DNA from: Azolla caroliniana
Taxonomy: Eukaryota; Plantae; Polypodiophyta
Length of the DNA: 64,000 bases
Reading direction: 5' to 3'
Assembly (NCBI GenBank): GCA_043228905.1
Contig: JBHGNT010000020.1
Span: forward strand, 5,952,001 to 6,016,000
Part shown: one piece after another, positions 12,414 to 25,900 of the stretch
Numbering within the stretch: the first letter of the stretch is position 1
Layout of the letters: each line of letters begins with the position of its first letter
The notes under the pieces: generated by a model
What the model saw: only the letters and a program-made list of their open reading frames with translations
The model's database searches: none
Told to the model about the DNA's origin: nothing
Made by a program: the position numbers and the translations under genes

Positions 12414-14030
12414 TGTCGCGATATTCCACAACTATGTGTAGGATCCGAGGCGGGACAATGGGGGTCTTGGACTAGGGAGTAGAGGAGAAGAGGAAGAATA
12501 GCACATAAACATAGAATAAAATAGATGAAGGCAAGATACATCCCACAAGACAAGAAAATCACCATGATATATTAAGAGTTCACAAAAGATTACAACCAAG
12601 GCCGCATAGGCCGCACCAGAAACGACTACAAGAAAACCCTCACTGGATGAGCAAGTAAAGAAGTATTGAAAAACCCTAAAGGAAACCAAAGAAGAAACCC
12701 TAACCGGAACCCTAAAACTGAATAGGAAACCCTCCACCCAAGTGGTATGCCTCTGCCCCTCCAAATAGGCACCCCTTTACAAGTGACCCCTCCCTTCCTT
12801 TTATAACCCAAGGAGGGAGGGACCTTCTAATGTGGGATAAATTTCCCCTCTTTATTCTATACACCATTTTACATTGTAAATGTGCACATGTTGCACAGAA
12901 CCGACTTGCCCATTCCATCCCGGTTTCACACCGTAGCCGGAAATCTTCACGACATCCACCCCCACCAAACCGCACATCCACCGGTATGTGCCCAGAGGAG
13001 AAAGGTGAGAGATTTCAGCGACGGTGATCAACTGGGTCCTCCGCCGTCCCGGCTCCCGACCGCCTTGCCGGCTCCAATTGACCCCAATCCGTCGGATCCA
13101 TCCGATCCACCACGTCCACCGCGTGTCCCCGAACCACCGACTCCATCCGATCCACCATATCCGACGTTCGTACCTTCCTCCTCGATTGGTCCTCCCGAAC
13201 TCTATTGCCGACCCGGTCTCTCTTCCTTTGTTCGTCGCATATGTCCTTCAAATGCGCTCTCGATCTCCCCGATCGCACGCCAAATTCCACCCGTCGCATG
13301 CCGCGTATGTCCCTCGGTTCAATCGTCTCCGCGTCCCGAACACCTCGGCGTGCTAACTCTCTCCGCTCCACGCTTGCCTTCCGTAGGCTCTTCCCGTGTG
13401 TCGATGTTGTCCTCTGAATACGTGCTCGTTCTTTGGTCCTTACGTGACCCCATTACGTGCTCCTCGATTCTCCCTTGCTCTCCGTGCTCTCTCGATGTAG
13501 AGCGTACCTCCATCCCGACATCCGTGTCAGTGTACCCCGCTTCGGCATCCTTTCCGGCTTTCGTTACCGCTTCGTCTCGATTCACACCCTCTTGGCCCGC
13601 TTGGGCTTGCATGCCCTTTGGAAAGCCGCGCTTCCTCTTCTCGGCACGTAGCCCTTTGTTCTTCGCGCACCTCCTCTGGTTTCCAAGACACCTCCTTCCG
13701 TTCACGCCATCCATATGTCGATCCCAGCACCTCACCACTCCGTCCTCCATCTTGTACTGGCCTCTCAAAGGCTCAACTGGACCGCTATCACTGGTCACTC
13801 ATTGCCACTTTTCCGGGTACATGCTCGTTCTTTGGCCCTCCGTTGGCCGTAATGCATGTTCCGTATCATGCCAGAACACATGCTCCGTATTGCGCCGTAG
13901 TGCATGCTTCGTGTTACACGCTTCTCCTGCCGTAGTCCCGACCTCCGCGTCAGGCTCTTCTCCCTTCGTTTTCGTAGCCCCTTTCGACTCCGGCTTATCG
14001 TCTTGGCCCTGCTCGTCCGTCATTCTGTAA
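12414..14030 (-). mobile_element. 3' part of a second non-autonomous Ylt1-related family (LTR 12414-12954, PPT, non-coding internal region)
   Basis: LTR termini TGTCGTGAAG...CGCGACA on -, PPT complement tccacccccacc at 12955, left flank CCGT. Breaks abruptly at ~14030. Confidence 0.8.
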
Positions 14031-14500
14031 AGCTTTACTAGGTCACATTGTTAGTAAAGAGGGTATCGCTATGGACCCAGACAAAGTGCAAGCCATCTTG
14101 AATGCCTCGGCCCCCACTACGGCCAAAGCAGTCAGCTGATTTCTGGGCCAAATACGTGGCATAGTCGTATGCTCCGATACCTTGCCGATTCCGTGACCCC
14201 TTTACGCGCAGCAGTCCATACGGTGCCCTTTTGATGGACATAACTAGAAGACACGACATACCAATCACTGAAAGTCATGTTTTCCCAAGCCCCAGTATTC
14301 CAACCCCTAGATTGGACGGAGCCCTTTCACGTATTCGTGGATGCATCCGATATCGCGATCGGTAGTGCTTTAATGTAGAAAACCCCGCCCAATTGGTGTC
14401 GCCCAGTCTACTACGCTAGTCGTCGACTCTCGATAGTAGAAAGGAATTACTCCACCATGGAATGAGAAGCACTTGGCATGATATATAGCATTATGAAATT
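14031..14500 (+). pseudogene. Ty3/gypsy RT C-terminus and RNase H fragment
   Basis: ALLGHIVSKEGIAMDPDKVQAIL, PFHVFVDASDIAIGS, PVYYASRRLS..ERNYST, frameshifted. Confidence 0.75.
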
Positions 14501-14730
14501 GTTGACAACGAGGTCATAGACAAGGAGTGTGGAAATGGTGGATCATCGGCGGGCGGAGGAGATATTGGAGAAGAGGAACACCAAGGTCGATTGAGTGCAC
14601 CCGAATCGATAGATGCTTGGTGTATACGAAGAGACGAGAGTAGGTATTAAGAAGAGGGGCAAGGGTAGGGGATTAACATACTAATTAAAAAATGAAAGAG
14701 AGGGAGAAAGGGGAAGGGGGGTGGGGGCTA

Positions 14731-15282
14731 AACATAAAAACTAATAAAATGATTAAACCGTAAACAATAAAAAAACATAACCCTAAGTGTAACACAAGGT
14801 AAAGGGAGGGGTAGGAGGAATTAACCTATTAATTAAAAATAAAGTGAAAGAGAGAGAGGGGGAGAGAGATTAAAACATAATAAACCTAAGATTAAAGATT
14901 AAAAACGAGATTAAAACATAATAAACCTAAGATTAAAAATAAAAAAATGACGTTAAAAATCTAATTAAAGTTTAAAAAATGGGGTAAGGGGAGGGGAGGG
15001 GATTAACATAAAAACTAATAAAGTGATTAAACCGTAAATAATAAAAAAACATAACCCTAAGTGTAACACAAGGCAAAGGGAGGGGTAGGAGGAATTAACC
15101 TATTAATTAAAAATAAAGTGAAAGAGAGAGAGGGGGAGAGAGATTAAAACATAATAAACCTAAGATTAAAGATTAAAAACGAGATTAAAACATAATAAAC
15201 CTAAGATTAAAAATAAAAAAATGAGGTTAAAAATCTAATTAAAGTTTAAAAAATGGGGTAAAGGGAGGGGAGGGGATTAACA
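14731..15282. repeat. 274-bp tandem duplication in A/G-rich non-coding DNA
   Basis: aacataaaaactaataaa.tgattaaaccg at 14731 and 15005, near-identical copies. Confidence 0.85.
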
Positions 15283-15393
15283 TGCTACTTAAAATGAAAG
15301 AGAGAGGTACCATTTACAAGTAAAAAACAATATTAAAACATAATTAAAAGGGGGAGAGAGAGGGAGAGATAAAACATAAGTAAAAACATAATT

Positions 15394-15428
<35 letters not shown>

Positions 15429-15871
15429 AACATGTAATTATCATTAGGGAAAATTATATTGGGTTTTTGGTGGGTGGGGGGGTGCATGGTCTTATGTAAC
15501 CGGCAAACTAGTTTCGCCCCGAAGGGCTCATTAGTGCCATAAGACCATGAGGGTGAGGGAGGGGGTTTATATAGGATTTTAGGAGAGGGGTAGAGTGAGG
15601 GTGTGGGATCAAAATACGGAGTGAGGGGTAGGGGTGTGCTATGTGCATATGTGCACATTAAGGGATGGTAGTGGGGTGTAAGGTTTTTAAAGATAGGGAA
15701 AAGGGAATGGTGAGAGGGTGTAGAGGAGAAAAAAAACAAAAAGGTAAGAGAGAGGGTAAAGGTTGTGCACATGTGCACATGTGTATGTTGAGGAAGGAGA
15801 GGGTAATGGTAAGGGTGTTAAAATATAGAGAAAAAGGGAAGGTAATGTGGGCAAAAGTGTAGGGCCAAAAA

Positions 15872-15873
<2 letters not shown>

Positions 15874-15921
<48 letters not shown>
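15874..15921. repeat. (GA)n microsatellite
   Basis: Pure GA run. A second run lies at ~15398-15425. Confidence 0.9.
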
Positions 15922-15925
<4 letters not shown>

Positions 15926-15969
15926 GAGGGATGAGGGGAGTGGTAGGGTAGTAATTTGGGAAAAGTGAG

Positions 15970-17143
15970 GGATCTCGCATCTCGCTTCGCCTTCTTCCGT
16001 TCCGCATCTATCACGATCGTTGCCATTATCTTCGCGAAGTTGAAGTCTTCTTCCATCTCCGTCCTCCCTTGCCGCCTCTTCATGTCGAGCTCACCAAATT
16101 AATGTCGCGATATTCCGCGAGTACGTGTAGGATCCGAGGAGCGACCACGGGGGTCTTGGACTAGGGAGTTGAGGAAAAGAGGAAGAATAGCACATAAACG
16201 TAGAATAGAATAGATGGAGGCAAGATACACCCCACAAGACAAGAAAATAAACATGCTATATTAAGAGTTCACAAGAGATTACAACCAAGGCCGCATAGGC
16301 CGCACCAAAAACGACTACAAGAAAACCCTCACTGGATGAGCAAGTAAAGAAGTATGGAAAAACCGAATAGGAAACCCTCCACCCAAGTGGTATGCCTCTC
16401 CCCCTCCAAATAGACACCCCTTTATAAGTGACCCCTCCCTTCCTTTATAACCCAAGGAGGGAGGGACTTTCCAATGTGGGATAAATTTCCCCTCTTTATT
16501 CTATACACCATTCTACATTGTAAATGTGCACATGTTGCACACAACCGACTTGCCCATTCCATCCCAGTTTCATACCGTAGCCGAAAATCTTCACGACATC
16601 CACCCCCACCAAACCGCACATCCACTGGTATGTGCCAAGAGGAGAAAAGTGAGAGATTTCAGCGATGGTGATCAACCGGGTCCACCGTCGTCCCGACTCC
16701 TGACCGCCTTGCCGGCTCCTATTGACCCCGATCTATCGGATCCATCCGATCCACCACGTCCACCGCATGTCCCCGAGCCACCGACTCCATCCGATCGACC
16801 ATATCCGACGTTCGTGTCTTCCTCCTTGATCGGTCCTCTCGAACTTTGTTGCCGATCCGGTCTCTCTTCCTTTGTCCGCCGCATATGTCCCCCAAACGTG
16901 CTCTCGATCTCCCCGATCGCACGCCAAATTGCACCCGTTGCATGCCACATATGTCCTTCCTACGGTTCGATCGTCTCTGCGTCCCGAATACCTTGGCGTG
17001 CCAACTCTCTCTGCTCCGCGCTTGCCTTCCGTAGGATCTTCCCGTGCGTCGATGTTGTCCTCTAAATACGCGCTCGTTCTTTGGTCCTTACATGACCCCA
17101 TTACGCGATCCTCGCTTCGCCCTTGCTCACCGTGCTCTCTCGA
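15970..17143 (-). mobile_element. Tandem non-autonomous unit: LTR 16103-16598 with PBS and gag start on one side, PPT and 3' internal region on the other
   Basis: LTR is similar to 12414-12954. Degenerate Trp PBS 16079-16096 is followed by MEEDFNFAKIMATIV (compare MESEDDDLAEMVAEV). PPT at 16599, and 16599-17143 copies 12955-13495. Confidence 0.8.
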
Positions 17144-18605
17144 GGACGCCGAAGCGGGATATACCGACATGGATGTCGGGATGGAGCACGGCGAGCAAGG
17201 GAGAAGCGAGGAGCGCGTAGTGGGGTCACGTAAGGACCAAAGAACGAGCGTGTATTCGGAGGACAACATCGACGCATGGGAAGAGCCTACAGAAGGCAAG
17301 CGCAGAGCGGAGAGAGTTGGCACGCCGAGGTGTTCGGGATGCGGAGATGATCGAACTGAAGGAAGGACATACGCGGCATGCAATGGGTGGAATTTGGCGT
17401 GGGATCGGAGAGATCGAGAGTGTATCCGGAGGACATATGCGGCGGACAAAGGAAGAGAGACCGGGCCGACAATGGCGTTCGGGAGGACCAATCGAGGAGG
17501 AAGGTGCGTGCGGCAGATATGGAGGATCCAATGGATCCGACAGTTCGGGGAGGTATGGCGGATACGGTGGATCGGGTGGGATGGGTGGGCTACGACTGTT
17601 CGTGTGGGATGGGTGGGCATGCTCGAAATGGAAGGCGAAGTCGATCAAGGTCGACAAGGATAGCCGTGGAGGAAAGCTCCCTGAAGGAGGATGGAATCAT
17701 TCCAGAAGTCGACGAATCGGGGTTGGTAGGAGCCGGCAAGGCGGCCGGGTGCTAGTATGGTGGAGGACCCGGTTGATCACCATCACCGACATCTCTCACC
17801 TTTTCCCTCTTGGCACATACTGGTGGATGTGCGGTTTTGTGGGGGCGGATGTCATGAAGATTTCCAGCTACAGTGAGAAAACCAGAAGGGACAAATAAAA
17901 TGGGGATGTGCAACATTGCACATGCACTTGTAAATTTGTGTAATAAAAATAAGTAAACAAGTGTAAAAGGGAAGGGTAGAATCTAAAGTGTTAAGGTGCT
18001 CTACGAAAGTTGTTAAGTGTAAATGTGATGTGCGCTTGGTAGAGTAGAATGAGTAGTGGGCATTGAGTGTGAATGTGATAGGAGAGAGAGAGTTAAAGGC
18101 CCACCGATTTAAGATCAAGGACAAATATTCCCCATTTAATGAAAGGGGATTTGACTACCTTTGTAATGTGCCTCACCCCTTACTAGTATAAAAGGAGTGA
18201 GGGGTCACTTCTGAAGGGGTTGCCTATTTGGAGGGGCAGAGGCATACCACTTGGGTGGAGGGTTTCCTATTCAGTTTTAGGGTTTCTTCTTGGGTTTCCT
18301 TTAGGGTTTTACTATACTTGTTTACTTGCTCATCCAGTGAGGGTTTTCTGGTAGTCGTTTTTGGTGCGCCCTATGCAGCCTTGGTTGTAACCTTTTGTGA
18401 ACTCTTAATATAGCATGTTGATTTTCTTGTCTTGTGGGTGTATCTTGCCTCCATCTATTCTATTCTATGTTTATGTGCTATTCTTCCTCATCTCCTCTTG
18501 AGCTAAGCTTCCATTTTGTGTCTTATTCCTTCTCCTCTACTCCCTACTCCAAGATCCCCGTGGTCCCACCTCGGTTCCTACACGTACCCGTGGAATACCG
18601 CAACA
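17144..18605 (+). mobile_element. 3' part of an oppositely oriented copy of the same non-autonomous family (LTR 17850-18605)
   Basis: PPT gtgggggcgga, then TGTCATGAAG...CGCAACA, right flank ACGT. The internal part is a diverged reverse complement of 16599-17143. Confidence 0.8.
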
Positions 18606-19790
18606 ACGTGCATCACGTTCATATGTTTCGCTTTTTGCCGTACGTGGCTGAGAGGAACTTCTCCGACATGTTTGATGGTATGCAGAGTTTCGTCTCCCGT
18701 TTCGAACACTCCTTGTTTTTCCGGTTTCTCCAAGTATGAGAACCATTCCTCATGACTCGTCATATGATTTGACGCTCGGGAATCAACATACCACAGCTTG
18801 CTCGATTTCGAGGTGTTCACGGCCATCGAATTGGCCTTGTGCTTCATTACGAAGGCTGGGCCCGATCCATTTCTGGCTCGTTTGGAACCTTCGGTGTAGT
18901 GCGATTTTTGACGCCTTCCTGCATCTCTTCCGCTCGATTCGGCGTTGTCCGAATCGGCTCTATTCTTCCAGCACTCGCTCTCCCTGTGGCCTTTCTTGCC
19001 ACAGTAGCAACATTTCGTTGCGGCCTTCTCTTGCCGGCTTCCGCCACCGCTGTGACTCCCCCTACTTTCGGAGGGCTCGGAATTGCTTTCTGCATTTCGA
19101 TTATGCCGCACATTCTACTCTTTTCGGCTGCCTCCATTGCGCGCCGACCCGCTTCATCTGCCACAACAACAGGGCCTATTTTTCTTCGTGTACAACATCT
19201 TGTTGTCAGTGTGCATACTCCTTGACGCACCCACGTGATTTTCCTCCACGAGCAACATCGACTGAAGCTCGAAGAACGAAGGCGTAATCTCCCTTGTGCA
19301 AACCACCGTTCAGAATGCTCCGAACTTTGACGCTAACCCTCCAAGAGAAACCTACACCATTTCGTCCTCCTCAATGTTCACGTTGAAGGAGGCGAGGGAA
19401 TCGTAGATCTCCTTGATTCGGGCCGTGTAATCGGCCACAAATGGATCTTTCTGTTGGACATTGCTGAGCTCTTGCCTGAGTTGCAGTTTCTTGACTGTTG
19501 TGCTAGTAGTGAAAATCCTCTTGAGATTCGCCCATGCGTCCTTTGGCGTGTTAGCATCTTGAATGTAGCTTAAGAGCTGGTTGCTCACATAGGACGCGAA
19601 GCAGTAAAGAATTTTGCTGCCGCATGTTCTCAAGCCGAAAAATCTCTATGTGTTGATTCGGGTGTTGCATCATTAGCTCCTTCGACATAGCTCTAGTAGC
19701 CATGACCAAGCAGATACTGGTGCATCTTGTACGACCAATATGCATAGTTGCTCTTGTCGAGCTTCTCAGTCGGTAGCGAGCTTCCCATTG
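18606..19790 (-). pseudogene. gag: Copia A gag and protease remnant
   Basis: KKLQLRQELSN, CCYCGKKGHRESEC knuckle, WYVDSRASNHMT protease motif. Confidence 0.85.
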
Positions 19791-19903
19791 CTCTGTCCAT
19801 ATTGCTGTCTTATCTTTTCCGAAAACAATAACTTAACTCTGTCTTTGTCGTAAGCTTTTTCTATCAGTTGCAAAGGAGTCTCAACCCTCGTGCTTTGATA
19901 CCA

Positions 19904-20306
19904 TGTAAAAGAATACGTGTGCATAGAGTACACAGTTCGGAAGTACGACAGTTCCGTAGAGCACAGAAATCATAGAGAAAGAGAGGGAGAGACAGAGTGA
20001 GCAGAAAATACAAAACTATATTCAAATAATTCTCTGTATCTTCTCTATACATACTTGGTGCTCAATGAGCACCTTTTATACAAGCCCCGACTATCGGGCT
20101 AACACAAGTACTGACAGTACTTGACCGCTCATAAATGAGCCTTCTACACTAACTTCCAAAACTATTCATTACGAGGAATAATGTTCTAACGACCTTCTGG
20201 TTTAAACACCGCCACGGCCATATTTTGCGTACGGTTTTACACACCCAGTCTACGTACTGGGTTACGCACCCATTTACGCACCCAATGTTGAGCTTATCTC
20301 TCAACA
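19904..20306 (-). repeat. 5' LTR of copia A
   Basis: Direct repeat of 5330-5740, followed on - by PBS TGGTATCAAAGC. Confidence 0.9.
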
Positions 20307-20951
20307 ATTATAAAACCATATGTAACCAAGAACTACATCTACCGTTTGTAAATGCATTACATGAAAAGTCAAGTTTTCAATGTAGTTAGTTATTACTAGG
20401 GTTACACCATATGCAAATAATGAATGCCTTTGGACGTGGCCTCCCGCAATAAGGACTTTGTAGTCGTGGTCACTTTTGGTTGTTTTTATTCGTAAAATTT
20501 GTACCATATCAAAGTCAAGAAAATTATGAGTGCTACCACAGTCAAATAGTATAGTTACACTTTGATTGTGGATAGTCCCATAAGTTTTAAGTAAATCGTG
20601 TGGTCCAAGAATATTTTTTTGTAATAGATTAGAACTAACGGAATTCAAATAATTTGAGAACATACTTGGATTATTGGAAGTTGATGGATTTCTTTGCGGA
20701 CTGTTGGAGTTACCGCTCTCCTTTCTCCGCCTACACTCATTGGCTTTATGCCCAGGCTTCATATAAAAAGTTGTAGATTATTACGCACCTTTTCGCATTG
20801 TTGCCTTGACTTATCGGAGAAGGTTGGTGTCTACGTTTACTGCTTTCTCCTTCTGACTCTTTCGGTTGGTAACGAGCTTTTGTGTCAAATAGAATATGGG
20901 CACGTTCCATCGCTTCTCCCAAAGTGTTGGGTTGATGAGCGTGAATCTCAT
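20307..20951 (-). pseudogene. Outer chromovirus gag end and protease
   Basis: KPGHKANEC knuckle remnant, ILFDCGSTHNF, VDVVLGYIWF. Continues at 26201-26790 across copia B. Confidence 0.75.
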
Positions 20952-21018
20952 TGTAAAGAACCGATAGTGATTCGTGTGCAGCGGAATAGACTAGATATAT
21001 GTGTTGTGAGTGTGTGTG

Positions 21019-21053
<35 letters not shown>

Positions 21054-24000
21054 AACACAAGATAGATAGATTTTAACAACAATAGAATACTCAAGACGAT
21101 GTATATTACAAAGGCTATTAACCGAACTAATTACAACGTAGGAGGAGAGTGCTTTATATAGTCACTCTCTCTCTTCATTAACTACCTAAGCTCATGGGTC
21201 ATGGGGGATGTGAAAACTCATTAGTTATGTGTCATAGAATGTGATTCTATGACACATAGTTAATGTGATTCTATGACACATAGTTAATGTGTAGATAAGA
21301 GTGGTGACTTTTGACTTTTGAGTGAACACTCTCAAGGGTGTGTTCACACACTAGACTAGGTTGAGCTTGATTCTCAACATGCCCCCTCAAGCTCAACTTT
21401 GGTCGGCTACTTCGGTTGATGTCCACTTCGGCTCGTCATCGGTTCAGACAGTATCCAGTTCATTCTCGCTTGTACTCCCCCTCAAGCTTGGCAAGTCAGG
21501 GACCGTCAATCCAAGGTTTGACAAGAATTGGCGAAGCTTGTCAGCTCCTAGGGCTTTGGTGAAGATGTCGAATGTCTGAAGATTCGTAGTGATATGTTGA
21601 AGGTCGACATGGCCAGCCTGAACACGCTCTCGAATGAAGTGATATTGCACTTCGATATGCTTCGTGCGTGCGTGGAACACCGGGTTTCGAGCCAAATAAA
21701 TACTACTCATGTTGTCGCAATAAAGGAGAATAAGATCTTTGATGGGAACACCCAGATCCTTTAATATCCTCTTGAGCCATACGACTTCACATGCAGCCAT
21801 CACCGCGCCCCTATATTCGGCCTCTATGTTCGAAAGAGTGACGGTTGGTTGCTTCTTGCTACTCCAGGAGATGGCTCCACTTCCGAGGGAGAAGACGAAA
21901 CCAGATGTTGATCGTTGGTCAGTTTTGTAGCTTGCCCAGTCGGCATTTGTGTACCCCTCGGGTTGAATTGGTGTGGTAGACTTATAGAGAATGTCATAGT
22001 CCATCATTCTGCTCACGTATCGTAGCACTCTCTTAGCACCATCCAAATGGATATCTCGTGGCTTTTGCATGAATTGGCTAAGAAGGCCGACTGGGTAGGT
22101 CAGGACTAGTCGAGTCATCGTGAGGTAGATAAGACTACCGATCAGTTGTCGATACTAAGTCGGCTCACACTCTATGGTGGCACAATTGGCATCTAGTTTG
22201 AGGTTTTGGTCGAGAGGTGTTGCCACAGACTTGCACTCAGTCATCCCGAACTTGTATAATAAGTTGAGACTGTAGTGTCGTTGGGAGATCATTATTCCGG
22301 TTGGAGTCCGAATTACCTCGATGCCAAGGAAGTAGTGGGGCTCTTTCATGTCCATCATCTCGAATTTGTTGGAAAGGAGGGATTTGACCTTGTTGATGTC
22401 GACTAGATGCTCACCTCCAATGACAAGATCATCCACATACAGGATGATGACGATCGGCCTTTCGGAATCGCTTCTTACATAGAGAGAATTGTCGGATTTT
22501 GACATTCGCAAGCCGATTCGATGAAGATATTGTGTTATCTTTGAGTGCCAAGCACGTGGTGCTTGCTTAAGGCCGTAGAGAGGCTTCTTGAGTCGGCAGA
22601 TGGCTTTCGGATGAATGTTGGATTCGAAGATGGGTGGTTGTACCATGTACACCTCCTCCTCTAATTCACCTTGAAGAAAAGCGTTCTTGATATCCATCTG
22701 GTGGAGGTGCCACCCTTTCGCTGCTGCAAGCGCTATCACGGTTCGCACGGTTGTCATCTTTGCCACCGGGGCAAAGGTGTCATCATAGTCGACGCCCTGT
22801 GTTTGTGCGTATCCCTTTGCTACGAGTCGAGCTTTGTAGCGATTGACGGAACCATCAGCATTATACTTCACTTTGTATATCCATCTGCAGCCGATTGCCT
22901 TCTTGTGCGGTGAGTGAGGGATGAGATCCCATGTCTCATTCTTGCTGAGAGCTTGCATCTCCTTGTTCATCGTTTCGACCCATTGCGGATCTTTAGCTGC
23001 TTCGGCAAAGCTCTCTGGTTCTCAAACTGTTTCCACCTTCATCATAAAGGCATAATGGTATGCCATATAGTCATTGTAGCCAAATCAGGTAACCAGATTC
23101 TTCTCTCGGGTGGAGTGACAAAGTTTCTCATTTGCCGATGTGAGTGCATTCTCAACTCTGGGTGACCTCATAAGAGGCACATCAAAGCCATCAAACTTAC
23201 TATTGAGTGAATGAATCGATTCATTGCTGTCGAAGTGATCGTCTTCATATTCCGGCATTTTGGCCTTCCCTTTGTCCATCTTTGGACTTGGTTGAGATGA
23301 GCTTTGGTTGCTCGGAGGCTCTTGTGGTCCGCTCAATCTAGTTGAGATCGAACTCTCTTTGAGTATTGACCTTAGTTGATCATCGTCTTCTGTGTTGTCG
23401 AGGTCGTTTGTAGATGGTTTGGGAGGAGTTGGCTCGGGTTTGTACCATGATGTCGATTCGTCAAAGACGACATCCCAACTTACACGAGTCTTCCGAATAG
23501 AGGGGTTGAAGCACTTGTACCCCTTTGCTCCAGTGAGTACCCCATGAGGATGCACTTCTCTGATTTTGGGTCAAGCTTCTGCTGCTTCTCATCGGGAATG
23601 TGCACGTATGCAATGGAGCCGAATATCCTTGCATGGGATAGGTCTGGCTTCTTCCCATAGTATTTCTCGTGCGGGGTCACCTCGTGCACTCCAGATGTTG
23701 TGCTCGGGTTCATGTGGTAGATGATGGTATTTGCAGCTTCTGCCCAATATGACTTAGGCATATGCTTCTCGTTGAGCATGGCCCGTGCTACCTCGAGGAT
23801 GTGCCGATTCTTTCATTCGGCTACACCGTTCTGTTGCGGTGTGTGTCGGCAAGTGAATTCTTGCCGAATTCCTTCTTTTCGAAGATATGCTGTGAATGCA
23901 TCGGAGAAGTATTCCTTTCCTCCGTCTGACTGAAGACATCGTACATGACGCTCAGTTGTCTTTTCGACTTCTCTTTTGAATTTTTGGAAGTGTGTAAACA

Positions 24001-25855
24001 CTTTGCTCTTCATCCTCATGGGGAAGATCCATGTGTATCTAGAGAAGTCATCGATGAAGGTAACATAGTATCGACATCCTCCGAACATAGCCGTTTGTGC
24101 CGGTCCCCACACATCCTAGTGGACTACGTCCAATAGGCCTTTGCTCATGTTGCTCTCCTTCGGGAACGGGTGCTGATGTTGCTTGCCGAATTGGCATGCT
24201 TCACATACTCCTTCAATCTCTTTCTCTTTGAAGGTTGGGGGCCTGATGACGACTCCTTTCGATTGCATCGCCTTGAGTTTGTTGAGATTGATATGGTCGA
24301 TTCTTTTATGCCATAGCTCTATGTCGGTGTCGGGTTTGAGGCCATTTGCAAACATGGCCAATTTTACCTCGTTCGCTTCGAGGATAAACAGTCGGCCTTC
24401 CCTTCGACCACGAGCAATTAGTCGGCCTTCCTCCTTGGTTGAATTGAACTTGCATCCCTTGCTCCACAATTTGGCCGACCAAGACCAAATTCTTCGTTAT
24501 GGTGGGTACATGTAAGACATTTTTTATGCAAATTTGTTCACCTTCTTTCCCGAATGGGACATTGCCAACATGCTGAATCGGATGTGTGGTGTCATCTCCG
24601 GTCTTGAGATAACCGGGTCGATCCGGCTCTTGAAGGTCTTTGAACCATTCTTGATGGGACGTCATAAGGTTCGAAGCACCGGAGTCGACGAACCATACAT
24701 CTTCTGGATTGGAGGCATTAGTCGAAGTAGAGGCCGACATAGAATTTGCTCTATGTCTCATTACAAACATTCCACCATGATCTTCATAATCAGAGTTGGT
24801 GGAGTAATTGGTGAGTTGTCGGCTTGTGGAAGCCAACTCGCGCGTCTTCTTTCAGCACTCTTCTTCATGGTGGCCTATTTTTCCGCAATAACCGCATTCG
24901 ATCGAGGTTTTTTGGCTTGGACCGGAATGGAAGCTCCCCCTTCTTCCAAAGGTTCCTTGATGGCTTTCGTTTTGTTGCCAAAATTGGGAGTTGTTGCCGT
25001 AAGGCGAACCTTGTCTGCTTCGTCCTTGGCCGAATCGGCCTCTTGCTCGATCACGTTCTCTTCCTCCATTCGAATGTGTGTAGAGCATGTGGCCTTCCGA
25101 GGTGTTCCTCCTTGTTAGAACATGGTTTTCTTCAACGAACAACATGGATTGAAGATCGAAGAAAGAGGGAGGATTCTCCCTTGCTAGGACGATGGTTCTC
25201 ATTGTGCCAAACCGTGGTGCAAGGCCGTCGAGGCATATTTGCACCATCTCATCATCATCCACATTGACGCTTATTGAGCCGAGCAAGTCACAAAGCTCCT
25301 TGATCCTCAAGGTGTAGCTTGTGACTTGTTGTTTAACTCTTGGCGGAGTTGAAGCTTTCGTGCCGTTGTATTGGCGGAAAATATCTTCCTTAGATTGTCC
25401 CATGCTTCCTTTGGCTCTGTGGCTTCTCGAATGTAGCCGAGCATGTGGTCATGAACACATGTCGCTAAGCAATACATTACTTGACTCGCCGCTTGCTCCC
25501 ATGTTGCATCGTCGGGCCGGTTTTCTTGTGCTCCTTTACCAACAAGGTATTGGTGCATCTTGTACTCCCAAGATGCGAAGTTGTTCTGGTCCAACTTCTC
25601 GTTAGGGAGAGCGCTCCCCATTTGAATATTCATGGTGTTCGATGTAGATTTCTTCCTTCTTCTTCTCTCTTGAATATGAGCTATGTAGTTGCACTGCGAT
25701 AACGATGAGCCAATTCTTCTTGAACGTCGGCGTAAAGCTCAACACACGCGGATGGGCGAGATCAAGCTACCAAACCGCTCTGATACCATGTAAAGCATCG
25801 ATGGTGATTCATGTGTACAGTGGAATAGACTAGAGATATGTGTTGTGAGTGTGTG

Positions 25856-25900
<45 letters not shown>

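Larger units (their letters stand above)
5330..20306 (-). mobile_element. Ty1/copia element A, internally deleted and filled with other TE fragments
   Basis: LTRs 5330-5740 and 19904-20306. TSD ATTAT at 5325-5329 and 20307-20311. iMet PBS 19892-19903 and PPT at 5741. Gag/PR remnant 18606-19790 and RT-end/RNase H remnant 6182-6874. Confidence 0.9.

Noticed and set aside
12882-14030. 382-aa proline-rich ORF
   Set aside because: Antisense to a GC-rich TE internal region, starts inside an LTR, has no domain, and the copy at 16526 does not keep the frame.
12414-16598. Single intact element bounded by LTRs 12414-12954 and 16103-16598
   Set aside because: No CCGT TSD follows 16598 (a PPT does), and unrelated fragments lie between.
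16733-17898. Long bidirectional ORFs
   Set aside because: They arise from the GC-rich inverted repeat and translate the same sequence in both directions.
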